Sequence record: DRR723986_4994
Direction: 5' to 3' (one strand)
Length of the DNA stretch: 64,000 nucleotides
How positions within the stretch are numbered: the first letter of the stretch is position 1; each line of letters begins with the position of its first letter. Made by a program: the position numbers and the translations under genes. The notes beneath the pieces were generated by a model. The model searched no databases. It was not told the DNA's origin and was given only the letters and a program-made list of their open reading frames with translations. Below are positions 36,082 to 48,415 of this stretch, one piece after another.

Positions 36082-36136
36082 AGGATTGTAAGTTGGTTCT
36101 ACAAAATAAGAAAAACTCGTTTTGTTTATCGGTTTT

Positions 36137-36988
36137 TTACAAAATTTCTTTCAAATCAAATGTTCTATCAAGTCGAACACCTTTTTCAGTTTGCTTTAAA
36201 GTGCAACATTCGTTGACATGGTCATGCTCAAGAAATAAAATGTATTCTTCTTCAACTGCTTTCCTGAGAAATTTATCTTTTTCCCCTAGTGTAATTAAAG
36301 GCCTTGTGTCATACCCCATTACATATGCAAGAGGAATGTGACCTACAGAAGGCAACATATCTGCCATAAATACAATTTTTTTGCCTTTGTAATTAATGAT
36401 CGGCAATTGTTGAGAATCGGTATGACCATCTGCAAACATTACATCTATATCGCTAAAAACATTTTTAGTTAAATCACCTGTTCTATCAATGAACTTTAAC
36501 TGACCAGATTCTTGAATGGGAAGAATGTTTTCGCTCAAAAAAGAAGCTTTCTCACGTTGGTTGGGTTCGGTTGCCCATTTCCAGTGTCGTTCATTAGACC
36601 AATAAGTAGCGTTTTTAAATACTGGTTCAAATCCTTGATCTCCTTTTCTTTTTATGGCTCCTCCACAATGATCAAAATGCAAATGGGTGAGAAAAACATC
36701 CGTGATATCATCCATAGAAAAACCAGCAGCCTCTATGCCTCCTTGTAAACTTCCGTCTCCAAACATGTAGTAATAAGAGAAAAACTTCTCAGATTGTTTA
36801 TCTCCAATTCCGGTATCCACTAACATCAGTCGGTCTCCGTCTTCAATCAATAAACAACGCATGGCCCATGAACACATATTGTTGGAATCGGCTGGGTTAG
36901 TTTTTTGCCAAATAGATTTAGGTACGACCCCGAACATGGCGCCTCCGTCAAGTTTAAAATTTCCAGTGTTTATGGGATGTAGAATCAT
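36137..36988 (-). CDS. MBL-fold metallo-hydrolase (YtnP-like)
   Basis: FKLDGGAMFGVVP, THLHFDHCGG, GHT, EHD. Confidence 0.92.
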   Translation of the reverse strand: MILHPINTGNFKLDGGAMFGVVPKSIWQKTNPADSNNMCSWAMRCLLIEDGDRLMLVDTGIGDKQSEKFFSYYYMFGDGSLQGGIEAAGFSMDDITDVFLTHLHFDHCGGAIKRKGDQGFEPVFKNATYWSNERHWKWATEPNQREKASFLSENILPIQESGQLKFIDRTGDLTKNVFSDIDVMFADGHTDSQQLPIINYKGKKIVFMADMLPSVGHIPLAYVMGYDTRPLITLGEKDKFLRKAVEEEYILFLEHDHVNECCTLKQTEKGVRLDRTFDLKEIL

Positions 36989-37053
36989 GTGTGAGGTTTT
37001 GACTTCTAAAATAGTTATTTTTTGGTTTGGATGTTGAGGATGTTGGGTGACGA

Positions 37054-37085
37054 GGCGATTTTCGTTTTGCGATTCTCGATTTTCG
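37054..37085 (-). repeat. Short heptamer array, inverted copy of the distal 7-bp array
   Basis: ggcgatt ttcgttt tgcgatt ctcgatt ttcg is the reverse complement of AATCGNN/AAACGAA units. Confidence 0.7.
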
Positions 37086-37160
37086 GCAAGGCTTCTCCTT
37101 GTGCGACCTGCCTTCGGCGGTCTTCCGTCTTTGCTTCGCTCGACTTGTTGTGTTATTAAG

Positions 37161-37412
37161 AATCAAGAATCAAGAATCAAGAGTCAAGAGTCAAGGATCA
37201 AGAAGCAAGAATCAAGAATCAAGAATCAAGAATCAAGAATCGAGAGTCAAGAAACAAGAATCAAGAAACAAGAGTCAAGAATCAAGAAGCAAGAAGCAAG
37301 AGCCAAGAACCAGGAATCAAGGACCAATAAACGAGAATCGAGAATCGTAAATCGAGAATCGAAAAACGAGAATCGAAAAACGAAGAACCAAAAACGAAAA
37401 AACGAAAAAACG
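37161..37412 (+). repeat. Degenerate 7-bp tandem repeat array (AATCAAG grading into AATCGAG/AAACGAA)
   Basis: 32 units in unbroken 7-nt register from 37161 to 37384, plus a few looser units to 37412. Confidence 0.92.
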
Positions 37413-37489
37413 TAACACCCACACCTAACTGTGAATAAAACCCAGCGAGCACCAGTCAATTAACAATGAATAATCCCGAAATTCAAATT

Positions 37490-38845
37490 ATGAAAGTTCA
37501 TTTTATTGCAATCGGGGGAAGTGCTATGCACAATTTGGCCATGGCCTTGAATCGAAAAGGATATCAGGTAACTGGTTCGGATGATGAAATTTTTGAACCT
37601 TCGAGAGGTCGACTTGAGAGAGAAGGAATTTTACCCCAAAAAATGGGTTGGGACGCCAATCGAATTTCAGAAGATTTGGATGCAATTATTTTGGGAATGC
37701 ACGCTCGAGAGGATAATCCAGAATTGGTTCGTGCTCAGGAAATGGGTTTAAAAATCTATTCATATCCTGAATTTGTTTATTCGCAGACAAAGACGAAAAA
37801 ACGATTGGTTGTCGGCGGTTCGCACGGAAAAACTACGATTACCTCAATGTTATTACACGTGATGGATAAGTTGGGTATCGAAACGGATTATCTTGTTGGT
37901 GCTTTACTTGAAGGCTTCGATTGCATGGTTCAATTGTCTGATGCGCCAATTATTGTTATTGAAGGGGATGAGTATCTATCTTCTCCGATTGACAGACGTC
38001 CAAAATTCCATTGGTACGCGCCTCATGTAGGATCTATATCCGGAATTGCATGGGATCACATCAATGTTTTTCCCACCTGGGAGAATTATATTGACCAGTT
38101 TAAAATTTACACGGATAAAATAGAGGAAAATGGGTCATTAGTATACTTTGAACAAGATGAAGCCATTCAATCTATCCTGCCTAAAATGAGAGGTGATATT
38201 CAATTGAAGCCCTATAATACACCCACTTATGAGGTTAGAAATGGAGTCACATTTGTACAATCTCAAGGGAAAGAATATCCTCTTCAAATATTTGGTGCAC
38301 ATAACTTGCAGAATTTAATGGCCGCTAAATTGATGCTCAATGAAATTGGAGTTTCGGATGATGATTTTTTCAATGCCATTGGGTCATTTTCTGGGGCGGC
38401 TAAGAGACTTGAACGCATTGCCGAAAATGAGAGTAGTGTAGCCTATAAAGATTTTGCACATTCGCCTTCTAAACTTAAGGCAACTGTTTCGGCTGTGAAA
38501 GAGCAATATCCCGAAAGAAAGTTAATTGCTTGCATGGAATTGCACACTTTCTCTTCATTGAAAAAAGAGTTTTTGCCGCACTACGAAAATTGTATGCAAG
38601 AGGCAGATGAAGCCATTGTGTATTTCAGTCCAGATGTAGTGGCACATAAAAAGCTAGAGCCCATAACAAAAGAACAAGTTGCCGCGGCATTTGCAACTCC
38701 AAATGTATCTGTTTATACTGACTCAAATCAAATAACCGACTTGTTGAGAAGGAAATCGTGGGAAAATACCAATTTGTTACTGATGAGTTCAGGTAATTTT
38801 CACGGAGTGGATCTGGATGCTTTTGCCAAAGAGTTGATCAACTAA
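37490..38845 (+). CDS. mpl: Mur ligase, murein peptide ligase Mpl/MurC family
   Basis: MKVHFIAIGGSAM, GSHGKTT, IEGDEY, WDH, GAHN, DFAHSP, ELHT. Confidence 0.8.
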   Translation: MKVHFIAIGGSAMHNLAMALNRKGYQVTGSDDEIFEPSRGRLEREGILPQKMGWDANRISEDLDAIILGMHAREDNPELVRAQEMGLKIYSYPEFVYSQTKTKKRLVVGGSHGKTTITSMLLHVMDKLGIETDYLVGALLEGFDCMVQLSDAPIIVIEGDEYLSSPIDRRPKFHWYAPHVGSISGIAWDHINVFPTWENYIDQFKIYTDKIEENGSLVYFEQDEAIQSILPKMRGDIQLKPYNTPTYEVRNGVTFVQSQGKEYPLQIFGAHNLQNLMAAKLMLNEIGVSDDDFFNAIGSFSGAAKRLERIAENESSVAYKDFAHSPSKLKATVSAVKEQYPERKLIACMELHTFSSLKKEFLPHYENCMQEADEAIVYFSPDVVAHKKLEPITKEQVAAAFATPNVSVYTDSNQITDLLRRKSWENTNLLLMSSGNFHGVDLDAFAKELIN

Positions 38846-39405
38846 CTCATATTTCTCAATATCACTTTTCGCATAACGAAGGTGACAAAGAAAGAAAAGA
38901 ATAAAGCGAAAAAAGTCAGCCCCATTAAATGTGCTACAAAAACTGAAGTGGGTGAAATCATTGATCGCGCCTGATCTTCCATGTTTTCAATGTAGTCATC
39001 ATAACTTTTATCTTTCCATGTAGGGTCATCCTTTTTCAGGTCTTCGTAAACGTCACTGTTTGGAACTTGTGTATGGATGGCCTCAATTTGATTATTAATC
39101 AAAGCTTCTCGAATAGAAGTATCTATTTTTGAATGGTATAAGAATACGAAAGCGGCAATGGTTACGGCATATATAATCCCACTCTGCGCTGCAAATTTGA
39201 AATCTTCAATAAAAATACCCTTCTCGTAATTGAGTTCGCGTTTGGTTAGGAATAATCCTACACCAATTGCACATAACAAGAGAAAGATATTGATGAGAAC
39301 CCCAACGTTGAATGATTCTTTAGAAATGCCAGCATAGAACAGAATCATGGTGATAATGATCCAAATCAAAGCAAAAAAGAATCCAATTTTAACAGAGGTT
39401 TTCAT
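38842..39405 (-). CDS. DUF4199-like membrane protein
   Basis: Three N-terminal TM helices, a soluble helical loop and a C-terminal TM. Confidence 0.6.
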   Translation of the reverse strand: MKTSVKIGFFFALIWIIITMILFYAGISKESFNVGVLINIFLLLCAIGVGLFLTKRELNYEKGIFIEDFKFAAQSGIIYAVTIAAFVFLYHSKIDTSIREALINNQIEAIHTQVPNSDVYEDLKKDDPTWKDKSYDDYIENMEDQARSMISPTSVFVAHLMGLTFFALFFSFFVTFVMRKVILRNMS

Positions 39406-39421
39406 TATTGGAGGCTGCTAT

Positions 39422-40540
39422 TTAACCGATATGGAATCTGCCTTCAACTTGGCCATGCCCAATAGCTCTGAGCATTTTCCAATGGTAGCGAATAGCAGAA
39501 AAGAATGTTGTGTGAGAGTTGTAAGGAACTCCGTATTCCTCTGCAGTTTCACGAACTATTTTTGACAAATTTTTATAGTGCACGTGACAGATATTTGGGA
39601 AAAGATGATGTTCCACTTGATAGTTTAAGCCTCCAATTAACCAATACAAAACGCGACTTCTAGGAGCAAAGTTAGCAGTGGTTTGCATTTGATGAATTGC
39701 GAAGTTGTTTGGGATTGTTAAATCATCTTCAGCTTCAACAAATTCAGTTTCTGGCACTACATGCGCCGGTTGGAATACTAGGGCAAGAATTAATCCAGCT
39801 TCAAAATGCAACATGAACAAGAAGATTGGGAACCAATACCATGCAATATCAATCATCAAAATTGGAATGACCAAAACAATGACATAATACAAGACTTTAA
39901 AGAAAATTAATTCGGCTAATAGCTTACCAAATGATGGGTTCTCTGTTTTCGTCAGATCTAATTTTTTGTAGCGGTACAACTGTTTGAAATCTTTAGCTGT
40001 GATCCAAGAAAAAGTCATTAATCCGTAGAAAAACCATGCATATAAATGCTGGAATTTGTGAATTGGCTTTAATTCGGCATTCGGAGAGAACCTCAAAAAC
40101 GGAGGCGGTTGAATATCTTCATCATATCCTTCAACGTTGGTGTAGGTATGATGTAATACGTTGTGTTGAATTTTCCATGTAGGCGCATAACCTCCAACTA
40201 AATTGACCAATTTACCTAGCCATCTGTTGACACTGTTTTTTTGAGAATAAGCTCCGTGATTGGCGTCATGCATAATTGAAAGACCAATGCCTGCTGTTCC
40301 TAATCCCATTAAAAGGTACATTAAACCGACTAACCAAACTGATTGGATAAGTCCTGAAATCAAGAAACCTGCGGGAACAATAAATAAGCTGCACATGAAT
40401 ATGGTTTTGATTACCATATTGGCGTTAGCATGTCTCGAGATATTATTTTCTTTGAAATATGCTCTCACTCGCTTATTTAAAGTGGCGTTAAAGTCTGCTC
40501 CAATTTTTCGAGAATATTTTATTGGTTTTAATGCTGGCAT
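39422..40540 (-). CDS. Membrane fatty-acid (acyl-CoA) desaturase, copy 2
   Basis: His boxes HDANH, HNVLHH, QVEHH. Confidence 0.92.
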   Translation of the reverse strand: MPALKPIKYSRKIGADFNATLNKRVRAYFKENNISRHANANMVIKTIFMCSLFIVPAGFLISGLIQSVWLVGLMYLLMGLGTAGIGLSIMHDANHGAYSQKNSVNRWLGKLVNLVGGYAPTWKIQHNVLHHTYTNVEGYDEDIQPPPFLRFSPNAELKPIHKFQHLYAWFFYGLMTFSWITAKDFKQLYRYKKLDLTKTENPSFGKLLAELIFFKVLYYVIVLVIPILMIDIAWYWFPIFLFMLHFEAGLILALVFQPAHVVPETEFVEAEDDLTIPNNFAIHQMQTTANFAPRSRVLYWLIGGLNYQVEHHLFPNICHVHYKNLSKIVRETAEEYGVPYNSHTTFFSAIRYHWKMLRAIGHGQVEGRFHIG

Positions 40541-40701
40541 TTATTTCCGTTTAATATAAAATTCATACAAAGATAAGCCTTTTTTCAAGCATATCTTAAT
40601 CATGGTGACGCACCAATCAATAATAAATTTTTAATAAGTATAGATTAATTGAATATTAATCTTTTAAATCGTGGATTTTAAGAAGGATTATTCACTCCGT
40701 T

Positions 40702-41820
40702 TTATCCGATATGAAAATCGCCTTTTATTTCGTCACGACCTACAGCTTTCAACATCTTCCAATGATATCTGATGGCAGAAACAAAGGTTTTATGTGAGTT
40801 ATACGGAACTCCGTACTCCAAAGCCGTTTCTTTTACGATTTTTGAGATCTTTTTGTAGTGAACATGGCAAATGTTTGGGAACAAATGATGCTCAACTTGG
40901 TAATTTAATCCGCCAATTAGCCAATACAATATTCTACTCTTAGGGGCAAAATTTGATGTTGTAGCCATTTGGTGGATCGCAAAATTATTTTCAATTGTCA
41001 AATCTGCATTGGCTTTAACGAAAACGGTTTCAGGAACCACATGTGCAGGTTGAAAAACGAAAGACAATATTAACCCTGCGATAAAATGACACAAGAAAAT
41101 AAAGATCACAAACCAGTACCATGAAATATCAATCATCAGTACAGGAATTACAATCGTAATGGTATAGTAAATCAATTTGCTGATGATTAACTCAGTTAAC
41201 AAAGCGGCAAAATTTGGGTTTTCTGTTTTGGTTAAATCAAGCTTTCTGTATCTAAACAACTGTTGAAAATCTTTCAATGTAGCCCATGATACGGTCATTA
41301 ATCCGTAAAAGAACCAAGCGTATAAGTGCTGGAATCTGTGAATTGGTTTATGCTCTTCGTTAGGTGAGAATCTTAAAAATTTAGGTGGTTGAATATCCTC
41401 ATCATAACCATCAACATTCGTGTAAGTATGATGCAGAACATTGTGTTGTATTTTCCAATTCGTTGCAAATCCTGAAATCGGAACTATGATTTTTCCAAGC
41501 CATTTGTTGACCCAATCTCTTTTAGAATAGGCGCCATGATTCGCATCATGCATAACAGACAAGCCAATTCCAGCCATTCCTAATGCCATTAAAAAATACA
41601 TCAATCCAACTAACCACACAGATTGAATAAAGCCGGACATCAAAAATCCCAGCGGAACGAAATACAAGCAAATCATGAAAACAGTTTTTATTTTCATGTT
41701 GGTATTTGCGTATTTTGAAATGTTGTTTTCTTTGAAATAAGCGCGTACTCTTTTATTCAGAGTTGAACTAAAATCGCGCCCAATTTTTTGAGAATATTTA
41801 ATCGGTTTTAATGCTTCCAT
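40702..41820 (-). CDS. Membrane fatty-acid (acyl-CoA) desaturase, copy 1
   Basis: His boxes HDANH, HNVLHH, QVEHH; same 372-aa length as its neighbour. Confidence 0.92.
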   Translation of the reverse strand: MEALKPIKYSQKIGRDFSSTLNKRVRAYFKENNISKYANTNMKIKTVFMICLYFVPLGFLMSGFIQSVWLVGLMYFLMALGMAGIGLSVMHDANHGAYSKRDWVNKWLGKIIVPISGFATNWKIQHNVLHHTYTNVDGYDEDIQPPKFLRFSPNEEHKPIHRFQHLYAWFFYGLMTVSWATLKDFQQLFRYRKLDLTKTENPNFAALLTELIISKLIYYTITIVIPVLMIDISWYWFVIFIFLCHFIAGLILSFVFQPAHVVPETVFVKANADLTIENNFAIHQMATTSNFAPKSRILYWLIGGLNYQVEHHLFPNICHVHYKKISKIVKETALEYGVPYNSHKTFVSAIRYHWKMLKAVGRDEIKGDFHIG

Positions 41821-41908
41821 GGTTTGTTGTTTGTCAATAGGATATTGAGGGTATCCTTTAACTTTGTACTACATCTAATAATAAGGAAAATACCTTAAAA
41901 TTGTTCAG

Positions 41909-43870
41909 TTATTTTCTTCTATTTTTTTGTTTTTCTTGCTGTAATCGTTGAGCTTCTTCCAATCTTTGCTGGAATTTAGATTTCCCTTTTTTCTTTTTAG
42001 GGTTTGCTTTTTTCTCTTCGATTTTAGCTAATAACTTTTCCTCGTCAATAAAGAATCTCTTAATTGCGAACATGATTCCAATCGTCATCAAGGTCGAAAT
42101 GAAGTAGTAGAAACTTAATCCTGAAGAGTAAGAGTTGAAGAAGAAAATCATCATGAACGGAAAGAAGTACATGATGTATTTCATGTTAGGCATACCCTGT
42201 TGAGTAGGCTGTTGCATGTTACTACTGTTGTAGTGAGTATATAATAGCGTTGTACCAGCCATTAAAAGTGTGAAGATAGAAACATGCGCTCCGTAGAACG
42301 GAATTTCAAATCCAAGTTGAATAGGGGAGTCATAAGAAGATAAATCTTCAGCCCATAAAAATCCTTTTTGTCTTAATTCTATTGATGCCGGGAATAATCT
42401 GAATATCGCAAACAAGATTGGCATCTGAATCAACATAGGCACACATCCAGCCAGTGGACTAACGCCAGTTTCTCTATACAAAGCCATGGTAGCTTGTTGC
42501 TTTTTCATGGCATCTTCTTTCTTAGGGAATTTCTCGTTGATTTTTTCAATCTCCGGCTTTAAGACTTTCATCATTGCTGATGATTTGTACATCTTATAAT
42601 TCACCGGACTTAGAATCAATTTAACAACAATTGTTAAAAGTAAAATGGCTAAACCAACTCCAAAGCCTAATCCTAAAATTCCTGAGAATAGAGGATGCAT
42701 GAAGTATTTGTTGATCCATCTGAACAAGCCTGGTCCTAATTCAACTACATCTTCAACTCCACTGTCGTAAGATGCCAGAATATCATAATCAACAGGGCCT
42801 AAATACCAGTTTAATTCAACGGTATTGTTTGCATTTGTTGCTCCAAGGTTTACATGAGATTTGAATCGTTTGGTGTACTTCGTTTGGTTTTCATCTGCCA
42901 AATCCATGATTTCTACCATTGAATTTTTAGGGCTGAAACCTGTTTTGTGAGAAAGTATAGCAGTAAAGAATGACTGTCTAAAAGCAATCCATTCAGTTTT
43001 TTCTTCTAATTCATATTCATCCTCCATGTGGATGTAGTCATAAGAATCTTCTTCGTATTGCCAGAATACCACTGAGTTTCTTTGTTCAGTTGGGAAATGC
43101 TTTTCGGTTGCTAATAATTTGAAATCAGATTCATAAACAGTAGCGGCCACATCATCATCAGAGAATCCATTGAAGTAAATATCAAAATCTAAATCGTATT
43201 TACCCTCTTTCAATTTGTAGGTAAATCCAACCGTTTTTCCTTTTCTTTTCGATTCAAAAGTGATTTCATTATCAGATTGATTAACAATGTTAAATTTTAA
43301 CTCATCCGTATTGATGTTTTTATTTCCACTTGGGTAAATCAATCCATAGGTAGAAGTAGAGTCAAACAATTGAAGGGGATTCGATTTTTCAGCTACATAA
43401 TCTTCGTAAGTCACGAATTCCTTAAAGAAAACGTTCTTGATCTGTCCACCGATATTGGTAAAATCAACAATTAATAAATCATTTTCTAATCGTGTAACTT
43501 CTTCTTCAAAATCAATTCCTGTAGATTCTTCAACTTCGTCTTCATCTTCAGGAGCCGACATCACTTCTTCAGTAGAATTGTTTACGACAATGAAAGTATC
43601 TAATCCTGTAACGGTATCCGTATAAGCTAATCCTTTAATTGAATCTATAATCTGCTCACCATCTTCATTTAATTTTGGAACAAGCGTGAAATTTTCGTTT
43701 TCATCATTCTCGTTCTCATTTAATTCTTGTCCGTTTTCATCTTCTTCGGTTGTCTCCTCTGTCTGATTATCTGCTGTTTCTTCAGTTTTTTCAGGCTTAG
43801 GGCCAAACATGGCAAAAACAATTAATATTCCTGCAATTAGTATTAGACCGGTGATTGATTTCTTATCCAT
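41909..43870 (-). CDS. yidC: Membrane protein insertase YidC
   Basis: N-terminal TM, periplasmic domain, GLAILLLTIVVK, PLAGCVPMLIQMPIL, FLWAEDLS, SGLSFYY. Confidence 0.95.
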   Translation of the reverse strand: MDKKSITGLILIAGILIVFAMFGPKPEKTEETADNQTEETTEEDENGQELNENENDENENFTLVPKLNEDGEQIIDSIKGLAYTDTVTGLDTFIVVNNSTEEVMSAPEDEDEVEESTGIDFEEEVTRLENDLLIVDFTNIGGQIKNVFFKEFVTYEDYVAEKSNPLQLFDSTSTYGLIYPSGNKNINTDELKFNIVNQSDNEITFESKRKGKTVGFTYKLKEGKYDLDFDIYFNGFSDDDVAATVYESDFKLLATEKHFPTEQRNSVVFWQYEEDSYDYIHMEDEYELEEKTEWIAFRQSFFTAILSHKTGFSPKNSMVEIMDLADENQTKYTKRFKSHVNLGATNANNTVELNWYLGPVDYDILASYDSGVEDVVELGPGLFRWINKYFMHPLFSGILGLGFGVGLAILLLTIVVKLILSPVNYKMYKSSAMMKVLKPEIEKINEKFPKKEDAMKKQQATMALYRETGVSPLAGCVPMLIQMPILFAIFRLFPASIELRQKGFLWAEDLSSYDSPIQLGFEIPFYGAHVSIFTLLMAGTTLLYTHYNSSNMQQPTQQGMPNMKYIMYFFPFMMIFFFNSYSSGLSFYYFISTLMTIGIMFAIKRFFIDEEKLLAKIEEKKANPKKKKGKSKFQQRLEEAQRLQQEKQKNRRK

Positions 43871-43987
43871 TCAAATTCGAATTAAGCTGCAAAATTAGTG
43901 AACTTATTTAATTAGGAGTCGGATATGCAGTTCAAATATTGTAGATGGCTCTGCAAATACTTTCTGCTACTAACTTGATATTCTTGA

Positions 43988-45628
<1,641 letters not shown>

Positions 45629-45741
45629 CTACGGGGAGCAAAGGTAGGTTAAATTAGGCCCAATGCCATGAAAATGGAATAAGAATTCGTTAACAATCTT
45701 TGAAATGGTTGTTGATAAGTTTGGAGATGACTGTTACTCAA

Positions 45742-46236
45742 CTAATCCAACTCTTCTTGAAGCCCAATCATTTTTAGGCAAGCTACGGCGCATTCAATTC
45801 CCTTATTACCATGTTTACCACCTGAACGGTCAATGGATTGTTGACGGTTGTTATCGGTTAATAAGCAAAAGGATACTGGAGTGTTATACTCTAGATTAAG
45901 CGCCATGATACCTTGCGTGGCTCCCTGGCAGACAAAATCAAAGTGTTTGGTTTCGCCTTGAATCACACAGCCTATTGCAACAACTCCGTCAATATTCTCA
46001 TCAGCTTCTAATAGTAGCTGGCATCCTAAAGGTAATTCAAAAGCCCCAGGAACATATTTAACGATAATGTTTTCAAGTTTAACGCCGTTTTCTTCTAAAG
46101 CTTGTCTAGCTCCCTTTAACAGGTTGAAGGTGATGTCGTCATTCCATTCAGAAACAACAATGCCGATTTTAAAATCGGCACCGTTTGGAATTCTATCTTT
46201 ATTGTATTCAGATAAGTTATTATCTACTGTCGCCAT
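45742..46236 (-). CDS. ribH: 6,7-dimethyl-8-ribityllumazine synthase
   Basis: IVVSEWN, VPGAFELP, GCVIQGETKHFDFV, GNKG. Confidence 0.96.
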   Translation of the reverse strand: MATVDNNLSEYNKDRIPNGADFKIGIVVSEWNDDITFNLLKGARQALEENGVKLENIIVKYVPGAFELPLGCQLLLEADENIDGVVAIGCVIQGETKHFDFVCQGATQGIMALNLEYNTPVSFCLLTDNNRQQSIDRSGGKHGNKGIECAVACLKMIGLQEELD

Positions 46237-46904
46237 TAGTTTTGCGCTCTTACAATGAATTTGTCAATATCAGATGCTTCAACAGCTTCTGACCAATTGT
46301 CTTTAATTTCTTGGTAAGCGGTTACTGCTGATTCCATATCTCCCATCTCTTCATAAACTAGTCCAGCTTTTTTTAAGAATAGCGGAGTAGTGAATTCGTT
46401 TCGTTCTCTTTTTGCTGCTTCTTCAAAATATTTAGCTGCTTCTTCGTAATTTCCTAATTCAACATTACAGTCACCTTTCATTCCGATCACTAAAGTACCA
46501 ATCATTACATCTTCGAAATCACACTCTTCAAGATAACCTAAAGCGTTATCCCACTCACCTTTTTCCATTGCGGTAGTTGCTAAAGCATAATTGGCTATTT
46601 CACCACCTGGAGTTCCGTCATATTCTGAAGCGATATCCTCAAATCCTTGAAAATTTTCATTTCCAGTGATTGCTAATCCTGTAGAATCATTTTCTTGATA
46701 CTCGTAAAAAGCATTCCAATAAGCCTCATGAGACTCTTCGATATGCGGTTTTGTCACTAATTGATTGTAGGCAAAATAACCCAATACAATTGCTACAATC
46801 GCACCTCCACCTATGAATAGGTACTTTTTGTTTTTGTCAAAAAAACTTTCAGTTGCCGTTAATTGCTCCTGCTGTTCAATTTGTGTTTCGTTCTTTTTCG
46901 CCAT
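46236..46904 (-). CDS. Membrane-anchored TPR protein (YfgM-like)
   Basis: Start MAKKNE; one TM helix, then TPR helices; TAATG-coupled to ribH. Confidence 0.8.
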   Translation of the reverse strand: MAKKNETQIEQQEQLTATESFFDKNKKYLFIGGGAIVAIVLGYFAYNQLVTKPHIEESHEAYWNAFYEYQENDSTGLAITGNENFQGFEDIASEYDGTPGGEIANYALATTAMEKGEWDNALGYLEECDFEDVMIGTLVIGMKGDCNVELGNYEEAAKYFEEAAKRERNEFTTPLFLKKAGLVYEEMGDMESAVTAYQEIKDNWSEAVEASDIDKFIVRAQN

Positions 46905-47041
46905 GATGATTATCAAATAGTGAGTGCAAAAATAATTTTTTTTGCTCAAATTGACAGAAATTGATGAATTTTATACGCTTAAGTTTTAAAAAGAATTTTT
47001 AGAACACATCAAATCATGCCGTAACCGACTAATCAAATCAA

Positions 47042-48415
47042 TTGAAAAACTTAGACAGATATAACATTGGCGCTTTACTTTTGAGCTGTTTATTCGCAGC
47101 TTTAATCTATTTTGTTGGCTACCAAACTCCGCGAGAATCATTCAATCAATTTATTTTATTGTACATGGCTTCTTTTGCCATTTTTTATATGATTTGGCTG
47201 AACAGACAATCTTGGAGTTTTAAATCATTTTTAATTCTCGCAATTTTAGTCCGCTTAATTCTGTTGATGGCGGTACCCGAACTGTCTAATGATTTTTACC
47301 GTTTTATTTGGGATGGAGAGATGATTAATATGGGAATCAATCCCTACGCTCATACGCCTAATGAGCTCATTTCTCAAGGTCCTATCTATTCAGAAATTTA
47401 TTTGAGGATGTTGTATCACGGAATGGGGGATTTGTCTGCTGCAAATTATTCATGTTACCCTGTTGTGAATCAACTTTTCTTTTTTGTTCCTACTTACTTG
47501 TTTGATTCAATTGGCGCGAATGTCATTTCTTTCAAAATCATCATGATTTTAGCGGATGTTGGGGTGATGGTTATTGGAAGAAAGATTTTGATTCTTCTTA
47601 ATAAATCTCCTCATTTCATTTGGTTATACGCCTTGAATCCCTTTGTGATTTTTGAATTTTCTGGAAACCTGCATTTTGAAGGTGTGATGATACTTTTCAT
47701 TCTAACTGCTATTTATTTGGTGATGACAGGAAGATGGTTATTTGCAGCTGTCTTTTTTGGAATGGCCATTCAAATCAAATTAATTCCACTCATGCTACTT
47801 CCATTCTTATATAAAAGACTTAAAGTAATACCTGCCATTGGTTTTACGGCATTAACTGGCGTAGTAGTAATTGCCTTTAGTTTAATTCTCATCAACGGTC
47901 AAATGCTAGATAATTTTATGCAATCCATTGATTTGTATTTTGAAACTTTCGAATTTAATGCAAGCCTCATCTATCTACTGAGAGAATACAGCATGGCCAA
48001 AGTTGGCTACAACGAGCTTTTCTATTACGGTCCATTGCTTTCAAAAATTGCTGCTGTTTCGATACTAGCCTTGGCTGTTTTTCGGTCTTATCGTTCAGAA
48101 GAAGATATTTTTAAAGGGATGCTATTTGCCATGGTCATCTATTATTTATGTGCAACTACCGTTCATCCATGGTACATTAGTTTGGTCTTAATTTTCTCGG
48201 TGTTTACAACTTACAAGTTCGGTTTAGTTTGGTCGTTAGTAATCATGCTGAGCTATTTCGCCTATTCTCAACCAGATTTTCAGGAGAATTTATTTTTAGT
48301 CGGTGTAGAATATATCCTTGTTGGAGTTGTAATTATCATTGAAATTTTGAGAAAGACGAAAATGGATAACTTTGGGCTCAACTTTAAATCTTTCTTTACA
48401 TTGAAAAATGAATGA
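47042..48415 (+). CDS. Polytopic GT-C glycosyltransferase (mannosyltransferase/GT87-like)
   Basis: LSNDFYRFIWDG...NPY, YALNP, GNLHFE, FEFNAS, TTVHPWY. Confidence 0.75.
   Translation: MKNLDRYNIGALLLSCLFAALIYFVGYQTPRESFNQFILLYMASFAIFYMIWLNRQSWSFKSFLILAILVRLILLMAVPELSNDFYRFIWDGEMINMGINPYAHTPNELISQGPIYSEIYLRMLYHGMGDLSAANYSCYPVVNQLFFFVPTYLFDSIGANVISFKIIMILADVGVMVIGRKILILLNKSPHFIWLYALNPFVIFEFSGNLHFEGVMILFILTAIYLVMTGRWLFAAVFFGMAIQIKLIPLMLLPFLYKRLKVIPAIGFTALTGVVVIAFSLILINGQMLDNFMQSIDLYFETFEFNASLIYLLREYSMAKVGYNELFYYGPLLSKIAAVSILALAVFRSYRSEEDIFKGMLFAMVIYYLCATTVHPWYISLVLIFSVFTTYKFGLVWSLVIMLSYFAYSQPDFQENLFLVGVEYILVGVVIIIEILRKTKMDNFGLNFKSFFTLKNE

Noticed and set aside
37161..37412. Possible CRISPR array
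   Set aside because: Contiguous 7-mers with no unique spacers, and no cas genes in the window.
36954..37459. ORF-track ORFs with IKNQESR-type repeats (37047..37415, 37099..37350, 37247..37459, 36954..37166)
   Set aside because: These are translations of a stop-free 7-bp DNA repeat, open in several frames, mostly with non-ATG starts; best explained as non-coding repeat.
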